A DNA stretch of 64,000 bases, taken from positions 8,814 to 72,813 of the forward strand of contig CAZSMG010000001.1 in assembly GCA_964608075.1 (NCBI GenBank), read 5' to 3'. The notes below the pieces were generated by a model that searched no databases, was not told the DNA's origin, and saw only the letters and a program-made list of their open reading frames with translations. Both the position numbers and the translations under genes were made by a program. Source of the stretch: an uncultured Clostridium sp. (GTDB lineage: Bacteria; Bacillota; Clostridia; TANB77; CAG-508). Shown one piece after another: positions 29,801-40,577 of the stretch. How positions within the stretch are numbered: position 1 is the stretch's first letter; the number at the start of each line of letters is the position of its first letter.

Positions 29801-32221
29801 AACGATGTATATGAAGAATTAGGACAGCAAGTAACTAAATCGACATTGGAAAAGGTTGATAGCTGGAGATATTTTTCTATGCTTGCAAATCCAAGAACTC
29901 ATATAAGAAATATAGTTGGAAACAAAGCAATGGGGCTAACACAACAAACAAAAAATAAGTTAGCAGGAACAATTGAAGGTATAGTAAGTAAAATAAATCC
30001 AAAAATGGAAAGAACTCACACAATAGTACCATCGAGTAAAGAAGTAAAGGAATTTGCTAAAAATGATATTAAAAATGTTGCAGATAGGTTAGGATTAAGT
30101 GAAAATAAATATAATCCTAAAACAAGATTACAAAATAGTATGAGAACTTTTAAAAGCGATATTTTAGAGAAAACAATAGGTAAAGCATTTAGTTTAAATG
30201 ATATGGCATTAGAAGCAGAAGATGGATGGGGATTAAAAGCTGGATATAGAAAGGCATTAGCTGAATATATGACAGCTAACGGATTGACTGAAAATAATAT
30301 AACAGACAAACAATTAGCAAAGGCAAGAAATTATGCAGTAGAAGAGGCAAAACGAGCTACATTTCATCAAGATAGTCAATTAGCTACATTAATTAATCAG
30401 TTATCTAATAAGAATAAATTTACTAAGTATACAACAGATGCTATATTACCATTTGTGAAGACTCCTATAAATGTTGCCAAGTCAGGTATAGAGTATAGTC
30501 CAGTTGGATTAGTAAAAAGTGCTGTTTTAGATACTGCAAGATTAAGAAAAGGCGATATAACTATAAATCAGTATATAGATAATATTTCAAAGGGATTAAC
30601 AGGTACAGGAATAGCAATGGTAGGATATGCATTAGCAAATTGTGGAATATTGAAGGCTAGTGGTGGAGATGATTCTGATAAAGAGTCTTATGATGAAAGT
30701 ATAGGAAAGCAAACATATTCTATTCAAATTGGAGATAATACTTATTCTTTAGATTGGTTGGCTCCTAGTGGTATACCATTATTTATAGGTGCTGAAATTT
30801 CAGAGATGGCAAATAGTAAATCAGAAGAAAAGGTATCATCATCTGATGAAGATAGTGAATATAATAAATTGTTAAATACAGGAACAAATTTATTAAATGC
30901 TATGGCTAATGCTATGAATCCTATGACAGAAATGTCTATGTTAAGTGGGTTAACTTCTGCTCTATCTAGCTATGAACAGGGTAGTGCTCAAATGATTGCC
31001 ACAATAGGAACAAATTCTATAAAATCATATGTAAATCAATTTTTTCCAACAGTATTGGGTCAAATTGCAAAAACAACAGATGAATATGATAGAAGTACAA
31101 CATCAACAAAGTCAGGGGTAGTACCTAAAGCAATTGATTCAACTAAAAATCAAATAATGGCAAAAATACCAGGATTGAGACAGAAATTACCTACTAAAAC
31201 AGATATATGGGGCAATGATATAAAACAAAGTGAAAATATAATACAAAGAGGAGCAGAAAATGCTATTTTGCCTTGGACAAGAAAAAATATAAGTACAAAT
31301 AATATTGATACTGAATTAACAAAATTATATGAAGCAACAGGAGAAAGTTCAATATTACCAGACAGTTTTGACAAAACACTTACTATAAGCGGGCAAAAAT
31401 ACAGATTAACTAATAAAGAATATTCAGAATATAAAAAGTCATATAGTAAAATATCATATGAATTGATAGACAAGTTTGTAAGTTCAAAAGAATATGACAA
31501 ATTAACTGATAATGAAAAACAAAAGGCTATTGAAAATATATATACATATGCTAAAGAAACTAATAAAGTAAAATATGCTCGTAATAATAATAAAACTATA
31601 AAAACAACAACATTATATGATACAATGTCAAGTTTAGGATCTACTCAATCTAAGTCGGAATATTTATTGTACTTATCAAAAATAGATCAAACTACAAAAG
31701 AAAAAAGAGAAACAGGAGAATTAAAAGAGAGTCAAGGCTTAAAAAATACAGATAAAATTAAAATATTACTAGACACTAAATTAACTGACAATGAAAAAGA
31801 AAAAGTATATAAGAATAGTATAAATAGTGAGGATAAAAAGATTAATTATTTAGTCGATAAGATGGATTTTCCTGTAATACAATATTTAAAATACAAACAG
31901 CAAAATTTTGAAAACGACAAAGATCAAGACGGAGAAACAATATCAGGGACAAAAAAACAAAAAGTTGTTAATTATCTTAGAAATATATCAGATAGTCAAT
32001 TACCTTTTAAATATAAAGAAATTATATGCAAAATGGAGGGTGTATCTAAAATAAATGGAGTTAAGAACTTAGATTCTGATGTTGTTAGAACTATAAACAA
32101 TTATACTACTATGAATTATGATGAAAAAAAGGAATTATTAAAAAGCTTAGGCTATAAAGTAGATAAAAACGGTAGAATACAATCGCAGATAATGTTGCCA
32201 ATAAAAAAAGCAGTAAAATAG
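26837..32221 (+). CDS. 1794-aa virion-associated protein (internal/ejection or tape-measure-like role not resolved)
   Basis: Single uninterrupted ORF in the tail module. No diagnostic motif recognised. Confidence 0.6.
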   Translation: MKIVKLSDLDSEERKKLIEEEQNRINQRNQERVNIQQQANTDFYNQIAKTGAYQNRGTTSLGILRKLYKNNGVTENSLDNYYNAHKNDNQKPMWDRIKESANNSLKQTTINMTGNPMLSLFGNVNKNVSKFITNEQKDKVGYIGKRTGAGVIQNITGIGQAGLTDLANQANKGKDKNVTDMIGDIAKSFTNFSNPISKINPIQTGINTFKTLADKDKNILQKGVSLTTGGISDTINQILPGKNVINSTTQLLGKINPNTSDTLLKYTDIISKPSEDINKRLDKEGQKYDTITNMLAGTGQTIGNMIPSIALSTINPTAGLGLMGLSAKGQATKEALVKGADLETAVKIGDTKGIVEIGTEMISGGVNIFGKGAIDDLVEKGIINKVKNKVGKQLVQWGVDNAGEVAEELISDVVGTIIDKGTTDPDAKYTWKDFGETATSTILSTTILNLITGGLTGGNINNIQQNVEKNQNNTQENQSSQQITQPQNNLSQNQSSEQIKAVETLKQEIQNSNLPNEDKTNMIDYINNNNIDQNTYKDMRQTIDNANKAIESNQEMLYNNSNESESDINGYTRNINERGNGIYKKQENQTNREYSWEEYNKWEESIKPISESILTDNEKQSISRAKSEHNKDIVIYNENDNDNIYSGGASQKTKNKIVISKQKAETFGLDKMIFHENVESDILHNDTTRDILSPVIDLIIKDDSFNLQKERFWSNQEGNIPSNELIAKDILCDRFSEIKSGEKLDYENVLSSLTNSNIDMSLSNYYKQVYGKELNINTQELEKSSSNILPKNQSLDALTNDINQQEIAKLPERKERKHYKSIMQSQYTSDEARSISKKMMGIDTYVPESNTKQLERADKRIELGGADSELNSLMSRSMTGGNIKADDIAVGERLIQYYSKIGDKAKLQDAIQATAMAGTTAGQTVQAMSLLNHQTPEGQAIWLQRSVEKMNETLKKNRGQNAEQFNLTPDMLDKIVNSKDSEQLQQNLNDVYEELGQQVTKSTLEKVDSWRYFSMLANPRTHIRNIVGNKAMGLTQQTKNKLAGTIEGIVSKINPKMERTHTIVPSSKEVKEFAKNDIKNVADRLGLSENKYNPKTRLQNSMRTFKSDILEKTIGKAFSLNDMALEAEDGWGLKAGYRKALAEYMTANGLTENNITDKQLAKARNYAVEEAKRATFHQDSQLATLINQLSNKNKFTKYTTDAILPFVKTPINVAKSGIEYSPVGLVKSAVLDTARLRKGDITINQYIDNISKGLTGTGIAMVGYALANCGILKASGGDDSDKESYDESIGKQTYSIQIGDNTYSLDWLAPSGIPLFIGAEISEMANSKSEEKVSSSDEDSEYNKLLNTGTNLLNAMANAMNPMTEMSMLSGLTSALSSYEQGSAQMIATIGTNSIKSYVNQFFPTVLGQIAKTTDEYDRSTTSTKSGVVPKAIDSTKNQIMAKIPGLRQKLPTKTDIWGNDIKQSENIIQRGAENAILPWTRKNISTNNIDTELTKLYEATGESSILPDSFDKTLTISGQKYRLTNKEYSEYKKSYSKISYELIDKFVSSKEYDKLTDNEKQKAIENIYTYAKETNKVKYARNNNKTIKTTTLYDTMSSLGSTQSKSEYLLYLSKIDQTTKEKRETGELKESQGLKNTDKIKILLDTKLTDNEKEKVYKNSINSEDKKINYLVDKMDFPVIQYLKYKQQNFENDKDQDGETISGTKKQKVVNYLRNISDSQLPFKYKEIICKMEGVSKINGVKNLDSDVVRTINNYTTMNYDEKKELLKSLGYKVDKNGRIQSQIMLPIKKAVK

Positions 32222-32317
32222 ATGATAATTTTTTATACTTTTCGACAAAATACGACAAAATTAATAAAAAAAATATGTTAAAGTAAATATATTATTTTCA
32301 AATAGGAGGATAATAAT

Positions 32318-32590
32318 ATGTTAATAGGTATTATAATATTATCATTTGTAATTGCATTTATGGCTACAATAAGTATTTTATATTGTAAAGAACATACTAA
32401 AATAAATGAAGAAAATATATTATTGTGTATATTAACAATATATTTAATGATTACTTTTTTATTTATGTACCATATAAATAGAAAAGATAAGATAATAATT
32501 AAAGAATATATAAATAAATCTAATAGTGTAAACGAATTAAAGGAAACTTTACAAGAAAAAGAAATTATAGATTTTTATAACAATAAATAA
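32318..32590 (+). CDS. small membrane protein
   Basis: Two TM helices. Confidence 0.5.
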   Translation: MLIGIIILSFVIAFMATISILYCKEHTKINEENILLCILTIYLMITFLFMYHINRKDKIIIKEYINKSNSVNELKETLQEKEIIDFYNNK

Positions 32591-32764
32591 TATATATGAA
32601 GAAACTTATGCTATAATAAAAGATGATAATTATGAAAGTAGTCAGTTTATTGGATTTGTTTTTTATATTATTGTTATGTATTTATATTACATACAATGTA
32701 GGTTTAAACAAAAAAATAAATAATGAAAGCACTTGCTAAAGCAGGTGCTTTTTTGGAGGTTAAT

Positions 32765-32923
32765 ATGATTAAAAAGATACAAAGAAATAAAAAAGTAAAT
32801 AATCAAGATAAGCAAGCACCTAAAACAATACAAGAACTAATGCAGAGATATGATCTTAATAACAATAAGATTGAAGAATATTTAGATTATTTAGTTAATT
32901 ATTTAAATGAAAGGGGGATATAG
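32765..32923 (+). CDS. hypothetical 52-aa protein
   Basis: ATG after GGAGG. The annotated upstream part overlaps a terminator hairpin at 32728-32755. Confidence 0.45.
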   Translation: MIKKIQRNKKVNNQDKQAPKTIQELMQRYDLNNNKIEEYLDYLVNYLNERGI

Positions 32924-34844
<1,921 letters not shown>

Positions 34845-34854
34845 GGAGGAAACA

Positions 34855-35133
34855 ATGTTAAATTTTATAAAAGAATATTGGGTACAGATAGTATTTATCT
34901 GTACCTTTTTAGGTAGTTTTATAAGTTTTGCAATGTCAATGATAGAAGCAACAAAATGTAGCTTAAGAAATGACATTTTAACAATATATGATAGATGTAA
35001 AGATGATAAAAAAATAACATACTATCAATTACAAAGTATAAAACATAGTGCTGATATTTATTTTAAACTTAAAGGAAACTCATTTGTAAAAGATATTGTT
35101 AAAAGAGTCAATACATTTGAAGTAATAGATTAG
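34855..35133 (+). CDS. small membrane protein preceding the holin
   Basis: ATG after AAGGAGG and one TM helix. Confidence 0.5.
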   Translation: MLNFIKEYWVQIVFICTFLGSFISFAMSMIEATKCSLRNDILTIYDRCKDDKKITYYQLQSIKHSADIYFKLKGNSFVKDIVKRVNTFEVID

Positions 35134-35144
35134 GAGGTGGAAAA

Positions 35145-35345
35145 ATGAACAAAGAACTAAAAACATGGATTAAATGTGCAGGAATAAGAGCAATAAAAAC
35201 AGTAGCACAAACAGCAGTAGCGACAATAGGAACGTCAGCAGTAATGGGAGAAGTAAATTGGACAGCAGTAACAAGTGCAAGTTTATTAGCAGGAATATTA
35301 AGTATATTAACAAGTATAGCAGGAATACCAGAAGCTAAACAATAA
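35145..35345 (+). CDS. holin (phiLC3/SPP1-type)
   Basis: 66 aa. IKTVAQTAVATIG ... LLAGILSILTSIAGIP. Lies next to the endolysin gene. Confidence 0.75.
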   Translation: MNKELKTWIKCAGIRAIKTVAQTAVATIGTSAVMGEVNWTAVTSASLLAGILSILTSIAGIPEAKQ

Positions 35346-35360
35346 AAGGAGGATAAAAAA

Positions 35361-35450
35361 ATGGAAGAAGAAAAAATAGAAACAATTTCAACAGAAGAAA
35401 TAATAGACAATTTAGATGAAAGTGAATTAGAAAGCGAGGTAGAAGAATAA
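35361..35450 (+). CDS. 29-aa acidic peptide
   Basis: RBS AAGGAGG. The stop overlaps the endolysin ATG. Confidence 0.3.
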   Translation: MEEEKIETISTEEIIDNLDESELESEVEE

Positions 35451-36409
35451 TGGCAAGAGTATATTATAATCAAGCAGATAATAGATGGGCAAACTACCCA
35501 TATCCAAGCCCAAGTCTACCAAAAGCTACAATTAAAAGTGGAGGATGTGGACCAACAAGTTGTGCAATGATAGTATCAAGTTTAAAAGAAACGATAAAAC
35601 CTCATGATATGGCAAAGCTGTTTTTGAACATTGGATTAAGAGTAAATGGAGGAACAAGCTCAAAAGCATTTAGTTTTATAAGCGAACATTTTGGAATAGA
35701 TATGTTTGAAATACCGAGTTTTAGTATACAAACACCAGATAAAATGACTAAAGTTGTAGAACATCTTTATAATGGTGGTATGTGTGTAGCACATTGTAAA
35801 GGTGGAGGTATTTTTTCAACTGGAGGGCATTACATAGTATTAGCATATATGAAAAATAGTAACAAGATAGTAGTATTTGATCCTTATTTATATAGAAATA
35901 AATTCTCATCTAAAAGTAGAGCAGGAAAAGCAATAGTAGATGAAAATGATGTAATAATAAGTACAGATAACTTTATGAAATATGCTAATTGTACAACAGT
36001 ATATTGTTTTAGACCAATACAAGAACAACCAAAAACAATATTAGCACATGTAAAAACAAAAATAAACAAAGCACCATTAAGAAATAGTAAAGAACACAAC
36101 ACAAATAAAAACGTAATAACACATCTAAAAAAAGGAACAGAATTAGACATACTTGAAATAGACAATGAATGGGGAACAGCAATACAAGGATATATAAACA
36201 TGAATGATTGTGAAAGACAAGAACTATTTAAAGCAGAAGTAATAGTAGATAAAGCACCACTTCGTAATTCGATGGAACACAATACAGACAAAAATGTAAT
36301 ACAACATTTGAAAAAAGGAACTAAGTTATCAATAGTAGAAAGACATAACAACGAATGGTGGTCTGCACCACAAGGATATATAAATGAAAATGATTGTAAA
36401 AAGATATAA
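35450..36409 (+). CDS. endolysin: Cys-peptidase (C39-like) domain plus two SH3b-like repeats
   Basis: GGCGPTSCAM and GGHYIVL motifs. C-terminal duplicated KAPLRNS.EHNT.KNVI.HLKKGT module. Confidence 0.8.
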   Translation: MARVYYNQADNRWANYPYPSPSLPKATIKSGGCGPTSCAMIVSSLKETIKPHDMAKLFLNIGLRVNGGTSSKAFSFISEHFGIDMFEIPSFSIQTPDKMTKVVEHLYNGGMCVAHCKGGGIFSTGGHYIVLAYMKNSNKIVVFDPYLYRNKFSSKSRAGKAIVDENDVIISTDNFMKYANCTTVYCFRPIQEQPKTILAHVKTKINKAPLRNSKEHNTNKNVITHLKKGTELDILEIDNEWGTAIQGYINMNDCERQELFKAEVIVDKAPLRNSMEHNTDKNVIQHLKKGTKLSIVERHNNEWWSAPQGYINENDCKKI

Positions 36410-36415
36410 AGTATA

Positions 36416-36451
36416 AGCTAGATTGATTAATTTCAGTCTAGCTCTTTTTTT
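36416..36451 (+). terminator. terminator after the endolysin gene
   Basis: AGCTAGA / TCTAGCT stem followed by a T7 run. Confidence 0.7.
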
Positions 36452-36461
36452 GTGCTTTTAC

Positions 36462-36595
36462 TTGAAATTGCATAAAATTTATGCTATAATGTTGACAGAT
36501 ATAAAATTGAGTGTTACAATTTCTTTACGAAAATATTAAGATTGTGTGAACAATTTGTAATATGTGTTGACAAAAGATAATATATATATTATAAG
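36462..36595 (+). promoter_or_regulatory. three tandem sigma-A-like promoters
   Basis: TTGAAA-17-TATAAT (36462-36490), TTGACA-17-TACAAT (36492-36520) and TTGACA-17-TATAAG (36567-36595). The first spacer contains the palindrome GCATAAAATTTATGC. Confidence 0.55.
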
Positions 36596-36601
36596 TAATA
36601 A

Positions 36602-36697
36602 AAAGAAAAATAAGAGCCGAAGCCCTTATTTATCTAGTTGTTTGTTTGGAGTTTGAGGTTTATCTCTGTTATTGGGATAAATCTCAAATTTTCGTTT
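36602..36697 (+). ncRNA. predicted antisense RNA overlapping the 3' part of the 36626..36812 gene
   Basis: Would start after the third promoter and end at the hairpin GAGGTTTATC / GATAAATCTC plus T-rich tail (36655-36697). No ORF. Confidence 0.4.
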
Positions 36698-36812
36698 TAT
36701 GGATTCGTATTTAAACGAGTATTTGCTTTTGGAGCAAATATGTACTAAAAAGCACAATCCGTATTGCGAAAATTCCTACACCAATCAACCAGCTTACAAT
36801 ATAGTTAAGCAT
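36626..36812 (-). CDS. small TM protein (type I toxin-like), +1 shift at CGG 36761..36759
   Basis: RBS GAAGGGAG. MLNYIVSWLIGVGIFAI then CGG. The zero frame gives a 33-aa hydrophobic peptide. The +1 frame gives 61 aa with a Lys-rich tail whose TAA abuts the terminator AATAAGGGCTTCGGCTCTTATT. Confidence 0.5.
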
Positions 36813-36953
36813 AATTGATACTCCCTTCTTTAGTATTTGCACCAACTCATCTTGCGAAAAGTCAGGTGCATAAACTAGCACTTATATTGGATCATAGAAG
36901 TTAAATACTAATCTATGCACCCAACTTGAAGGAAACTTTAACAACTTGTTCAT

Positions 36954-36982
36954 ACTATATCAAAACTATATATAAAAGTCAA
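36954..36982 (-). promoter_or_regulatory. promoter for the toxin-like gene
   Basis: TTGACT-17-TATAGT on the minus strand, leaving a 5' UTR of about 135 nt that contains the inverted repeat GGTGCATA ... TATGCACC. Confidence 0.5.
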
Positions 36983-37171
36983 CAAATTTCATAAATGAAA
37001 ACCATACTTTGATAAAAAAATACAATATATTACGACAGATATGTTATAATCAATTTAATTTAATATTTAATTTAAAGTTTATGGAATTTGAGCTAAGAAC
37101 TTTGTGTTCTTGCTCTTTTTTTATGTATCAATAAATAAATAATAGTGCATACTAACAAAAGAGGTATTAGT

Positions 37172-37348
37172 ATGAAAAATTATTATAAAGAAAGTTTAAA
37201 AGAATTTAAAAAGTATATAAAACAAAATCCAGAAACGACAAGAGAACAATGGGATAATTATGCACATAAGAATTGTTTATTTAGTACATTTACACTAGCA
37301 TGTCACAAGGATGCATATAGTTTTAAAGAATTAAAAGAGAAAATATAA
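37172..37348 (+). CDS. hypothetical 58-aa protein
   Basis: ATG after AAAGAGG. Confidence 0.45.
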   Translation: MKNYYKESLKEFKKYIKQNPETTREQWDNYAHKNCLFSTFTLACHKDAYSFKELKEKI

Positions 37349-37372
37349 TTTCATAAAAGAAAATGGCACTTT

Positions 37373-37388
37373 TCCACCATAGTGAACA
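37373..37388. promoter_or_regulatory. 16-bp box TCCACCATAGTGAACA (copy 1)
   Basis: An identical copy lies at 37698-37713. Each copy is about 55-65 bp upstream of a start codon. Confidence 0.45.
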
Positions 37389-37439
37389 AGAAGTATGTTA
37401 TAAGAAAAAATGAGCATACTAAAGACAAAGGTGGGAAAT

Positions 37440-37641
37440 ATGAGAATAGAGATATTAATAAAAGAAATAAGAATAAAAGAGCGGATATACTTTACGAGAT
37501 TTATCAAAAATGACAGGAATATCTGCATCACATTTAAGCTATATTGAGAATAACGAAAAAGAGCCGTCTTTATCGATGGTTGTAAGAATAGCACAAGCAT
37601 TAAATGTAAAAATAGAAGAATTGTATAAAGTAATACAATAG
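37440..37641 (+). CDS. XRE-family HTH regulator, needs a +1 shift at CGG 37482..37484
   Basis: MRIEILIKEIRIKE then CGG. The +1 frame gives GYTLRDLSKMTGISASHLSYIENNEKEPSLSMVVRIAQALNVKIEELY, a canonical XRE HTH. A terminator follows at 37639-37665. Confidence 0.7.
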
Positions 37642-37697
37642 CACAAAATTTGTGCTATTTTTAATTTCATAAATGATTTTTTACGTTTTATAAAATA

Positions 37698-37713
37698 TCC
37701 ACCATAGTGAACA
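37698..37713. promoter_or_regulatory. 16-bp box TCCACCATAGTGAACA (copy 2)
   Basis: See copy 1. Confidence 0.45.
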
Positions 37714-37769
37714 TAAACTAATATATTTTTCAAATAGAAGCTTCAATAATAAATGTAGGAGGATATATT

Positions 37770-37907
37770 ATGAAAGATGTAGTATTAAATGAAATAAAAA
37801 AAGAATTAAATTGGAAAGAAAGAATTATTGTTGACATTTTTGGAAACTTATTTTATTATGCATTTAGAAAAGGAATGATTAACTGTTTTAATTATTATAA
37901 TAAATAA
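37770..37907 (+). CDS. hypothetical 45-aa protein
   Basis: RBS GTAGGAGG. Last gene before attR. Confidence 0.4.
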   Translation: MKDVVLNEIKKELNWKERIIVDIFGNLFYYAFRKGMINCFNYYNK

Positions 37908-37930
37908 TATGTTATTTTGAACATAATAGC

Positions 37931-37936
37931 GATACG
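37931..37936. other. attR core (GATACG)
   Basis: See attL. Confidence 0.6.
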
Positions 37937-38584
37937 AATAGGATGGAGACATATTACAGAGGAGAAAATGAGTCAATGCCATATAATACAAATGGTACAT
38001 TGAAAGTAAGAGAATTTAGAGGATCAAGTAAAAGTAATATTTTATGGACAACAAAAAGAACTATGCAAAGTTGGAATAGTCAAAGATACATATATGGAAG
38101 ACCAATATATGTAGGATTTGCATTTAAAAGACCATATGAAGGAGGACATGGAAACCAAAGTCAACATTATGCAGGAGTTGCATTTGATGTAGGTCAAAAT
38201 TTAAGTAGTAGTGCTAGAAGAACTCTTTGGAATAGTGCAAATAACTCTGGAGTATGGAGTTTTGTTGAACCAATTTCTCTTACACCAACATGGGTGCATT
38301 TTGATGATAGAAGTGGAAAACCTGCTTGTCCTACAGGAGGATATCCATTAATACGACAAGGCTCTAAAGGTGTATATGTGTTAATACTGCAAGATAATTT
38401 AAATACTTTAGGTTATAATACTGGGGGACTAGATGGTATTTTTGGAAGTAGAACATATACAGCAGTTAGAAGTTATCAGCTAAGGGTAGGTCTTGCAGTT
38501 GATGGAATTGTTGGATGTAATACTTGGAGGTCTATTCAAGAAAGAGTAGTAGGAACAGGTTCTACAAGTACAACAATAAATTAA
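37931..38584 (+). CDS. M15/LAS-family zinc peptidase with C-terminal PG_binding_1 domain: 3' part of the gene split by the prophage
   Basis: SQHYAGVAFD (SxHxxGxAxD) and WVHFD motifs. C-terminal GLDGIFGSRTYTAVRSYQ ... GLAVDGIVG peptidoglycan-binding repeat. No convincing RBS before the ATG at 37943. The frame is open back to 37904. Confidence 0.7.
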   Translation, partial: DTNRMETYYRGENESMPYNTNGTLKVREFRGSSKSNILWTTKRTMQSWNSQRYIYGRPIYVGFAFKRPYEGGHGNQSQHYAGVAFDVGQNLSSSARRTLWNSANNSGVWSFVEPISLTPTWVHFDDRSGKPACPTGGYPLIRQGSKGVYVLILQDNLNTLGYNTGGLDGIFGSRTYTAVRSYQLRVGLAVDGIVGCNTWRSIQERVVGTGSTSTTIN

Positions 38585-38636
38585 TATTGAAATTAATATA
38601 AACGTGTGGTATATTACAAACGAAAAGGTGATATTT

Positions 38637-39512
38637 ATGAAATTAATTAATTTTAAAGCAACAGATAATATTGTACTAAATGGAATTTTGTATGAAAGTA
38701 GTAAAAAAACAGATGAAATAATAATTGCAATTCATGGAATGAGTAGCAATTGTTTTAAGCAAAGAGATATAGAAATTTCAAAATTAGCAAATGAAAATAA
38801 TATTGATTACTTTTGCTTTAATAATAGAGGAAGTGAACTAATAAAATACATAAAAAAAGAAGTAGATAAGAAAACTTTAAAAAAATTTGGAGGAACCACA
38901 TATGAAGATGTTTTAGATGGATATTATGATATTTGTGGGGCAATTTTAAAAGTAATTGAGTTAGGGTATACAAAAATACATCTTCAAGGACATAGCTTAG
39001 GATGCACAAAAATAGTTTATACTTATAATAAATTAAAAGAAGAGAATAATATAAAAGTTTTAAATAATATAAAAAGTGTAATATTACTTTCACTTATAGA
39101 TATACCAGAAGCATTTAAAGTATATCTAGATAATAAATATAATGAGTTTTTAGATTTAGCACAAAATAGTGATAGTAAATATGATTTGATGCCAAAAGAA
39201 GCATTTATACATCCAATTAGTGTAAAGACATTTTTAAGGTATACAAAATATAATGAAAATATTGATTTTGCTAGATATGGAAAAAATGATAATTTTGAAA
39301 AATTAAATAATATTAAAGTGCCACTATTTATGAGATGGGGAAATGTAAATGAAATGGTAATACAAAAGTTAGAGGATTTAGTACAAGAATTAATAGTAAA
39401 AATAGATAACAATAATAAAGATATAAACTATATTGATGGCGCAGATCATGGATATACAGATAAAGAAGAAGTATTAGCAGAGCAAATAATTAAATTTATA
39501 AAAAATATATAA
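38637..39512 (+). CDS. alpha/beta hydrolase
   Basis: Nucleophile elbow GHSLGC. The start is the ATG at 38637 after AAAAGGTG. Confidence 0.7.
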   Translation: MKLINFKATDNIVLNGILYESSKKTDEIIIAIHGMSSNCFKQRDIEISKLANENNIDYFCFNNRGSELIKYIKKEVDKKTLKKFGGTTYEDVLDGYYDICGAILKVIELGYTKIHLQGHSLGCTKIVYTYNKLKEENNIKVLNNIKSVILLSLIDIPEAFKVYLDNKYNEFLDLAQNSDSKYDLMPKEAFIHPISVKTFLRYTKYNENIDFARYGKNDNFEKLNNIKVPLFMRWGNVNEMVIQKLEDLVQELIVKIDNNNKDINYIDGADHGYTDKEEVLAEQIIKFIKNI

Positions 39513-39514
39513 AA

Positions 39515-39544
39515 ATAAGATTTGGGTTTCCAAATCTTATTTTG
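39515..39544. terminator. bidirectional terminator
   Basis: ATAAGATTTGG / CCAAATCTTAT stem between convergent genes. Confidence 0.65.
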
Positions 39545-39911
39545 CTTTATCTAAGTCTTCTTCATTTTGAACTTTAATAAGTTGTTCAGTTATTAGCTTA
39601 ACTATATGTTTATTTCTATCATTTAATTTTATGTATGACTTTAGGAAGTTATTATCAACTAAATTATTTAAAGAAGAAGCATCAGAATTGATTAAGTCGC
39701 TAAATAAAAAATCAGAATTAATATTTAATGTTCTACAAATATTTATTATTGTGCTAGCACTTCCAAAAGCCAAGCCTCTTTCTAATTGACTAATATATCT
39801 AGTCGACAAAGAGGTTTTTTCAGCTAATTTTTCTTGAGTGTAGTTAGACTTTGCTCTTGCTAATTTAATTTTTTTACCAATATTTTTTCTTAAAATACTT
39901 TCTTCATTCAT
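39537..39911 (-). CDS. XRE-family transcriptional regulator
   Basis: HTH YTQEKLAEKTSLSTRYISQLERG. Confidence 0.8.
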   Translation of the reverse strand: MNEESILRKNIGKKIKLARAKSNYTQEKLAEKTSLSTRYISQLERGLAFGSASTIINICRTLNINSDFLFSDLINSDASSLNNLVDNNFLKSYIKLNDRNKHIVKLITEQLIKVQNEEDLDKAK

Positions 39912-40047
39912 AATTATCCCTCCTAATTAAAGTATAACAATGAAATTAAAAAAACTAAATGAACTAATAGATATAAAATTATTAAAAACTAGAACCATAC
40001 GTTCTATAATAAGCTTTTAAAAAATTTTAAAAAATTTAAAAAAGGGG

Positions 40048-40109
40048 TTGCAAAAATATAAAAAGTGTATTAAAATTTAATAAAAGTGGTGAAAAGTGGT
40101 TTAAAGTGG
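40048..40109 (+). promoter_or_regulatory. mraZ promoter with three MraZ-box direct repeats
   Basis: TTGCAA-17-TAAAAT (40048-40076), then AAAGTGG at 40083, 40093 and 40103, exactly 10 bp apart. Confidence 0.65.
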
Positions 40110-40134
40110 TTATAAAAGAAAGAAGGTGAATCTT

Positions 40135-40560
40135 ATGCTAATAGGAGAATATGAACACTCTTTAGATGTTAAAGGCAGATTAATTATGCCTGCAAAGTTA
40201 AGACTAGATATGGGCGAAAGATTCATCATCACAAAAGGTTTAGATGGATGTTTATTTGCATTTTCACAAAATGAGTGGTTAAACTTTGAAACCAAATTAA
40301 AGACACTACCTCTTTCAGATAAAAATGCTAGAAACTTTGTTAGATTTTTCTTATCAGGGGCAACTGAGTGTGAATTAGATAAACAAGGAAGATTTCTTAT
40401 TCCTAACAATTTAAGAGAAGCAGCGTCACTAAATAAAGAGGCAATAATAATAGGAGTAGGAACAAGATTAGAAATATGGGATAAATCAGTTTGGGAAAAA
40501 TGTGATGGAGATATATCTGCAGATGAAATAGCAGATAATATGACAATGATTGGTATATAA
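40135..40560 (+). CDS. mraZ: division/cell wall cluster transcriptional regulator MraZ
   Basis: [23 protein letters not shown] ... and a second [13 protein letters not shown] repeat. Confidence 0.95.
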   Translation: MLIGEYEHSLDVKGRLIMPAKLRLDMGERFIITKGLDGCLFAFSQNEWLNFETKLKTLPLSDKNARNFVRFFLSGATECELDKQGRFLIPNNLREAASLNKEAIIIGVGTRLEIWDKSVWEKCDGDISADEIADNMTMIGI

Positions 40561-40577
40561 CTTGCAAAAGTTTATAT

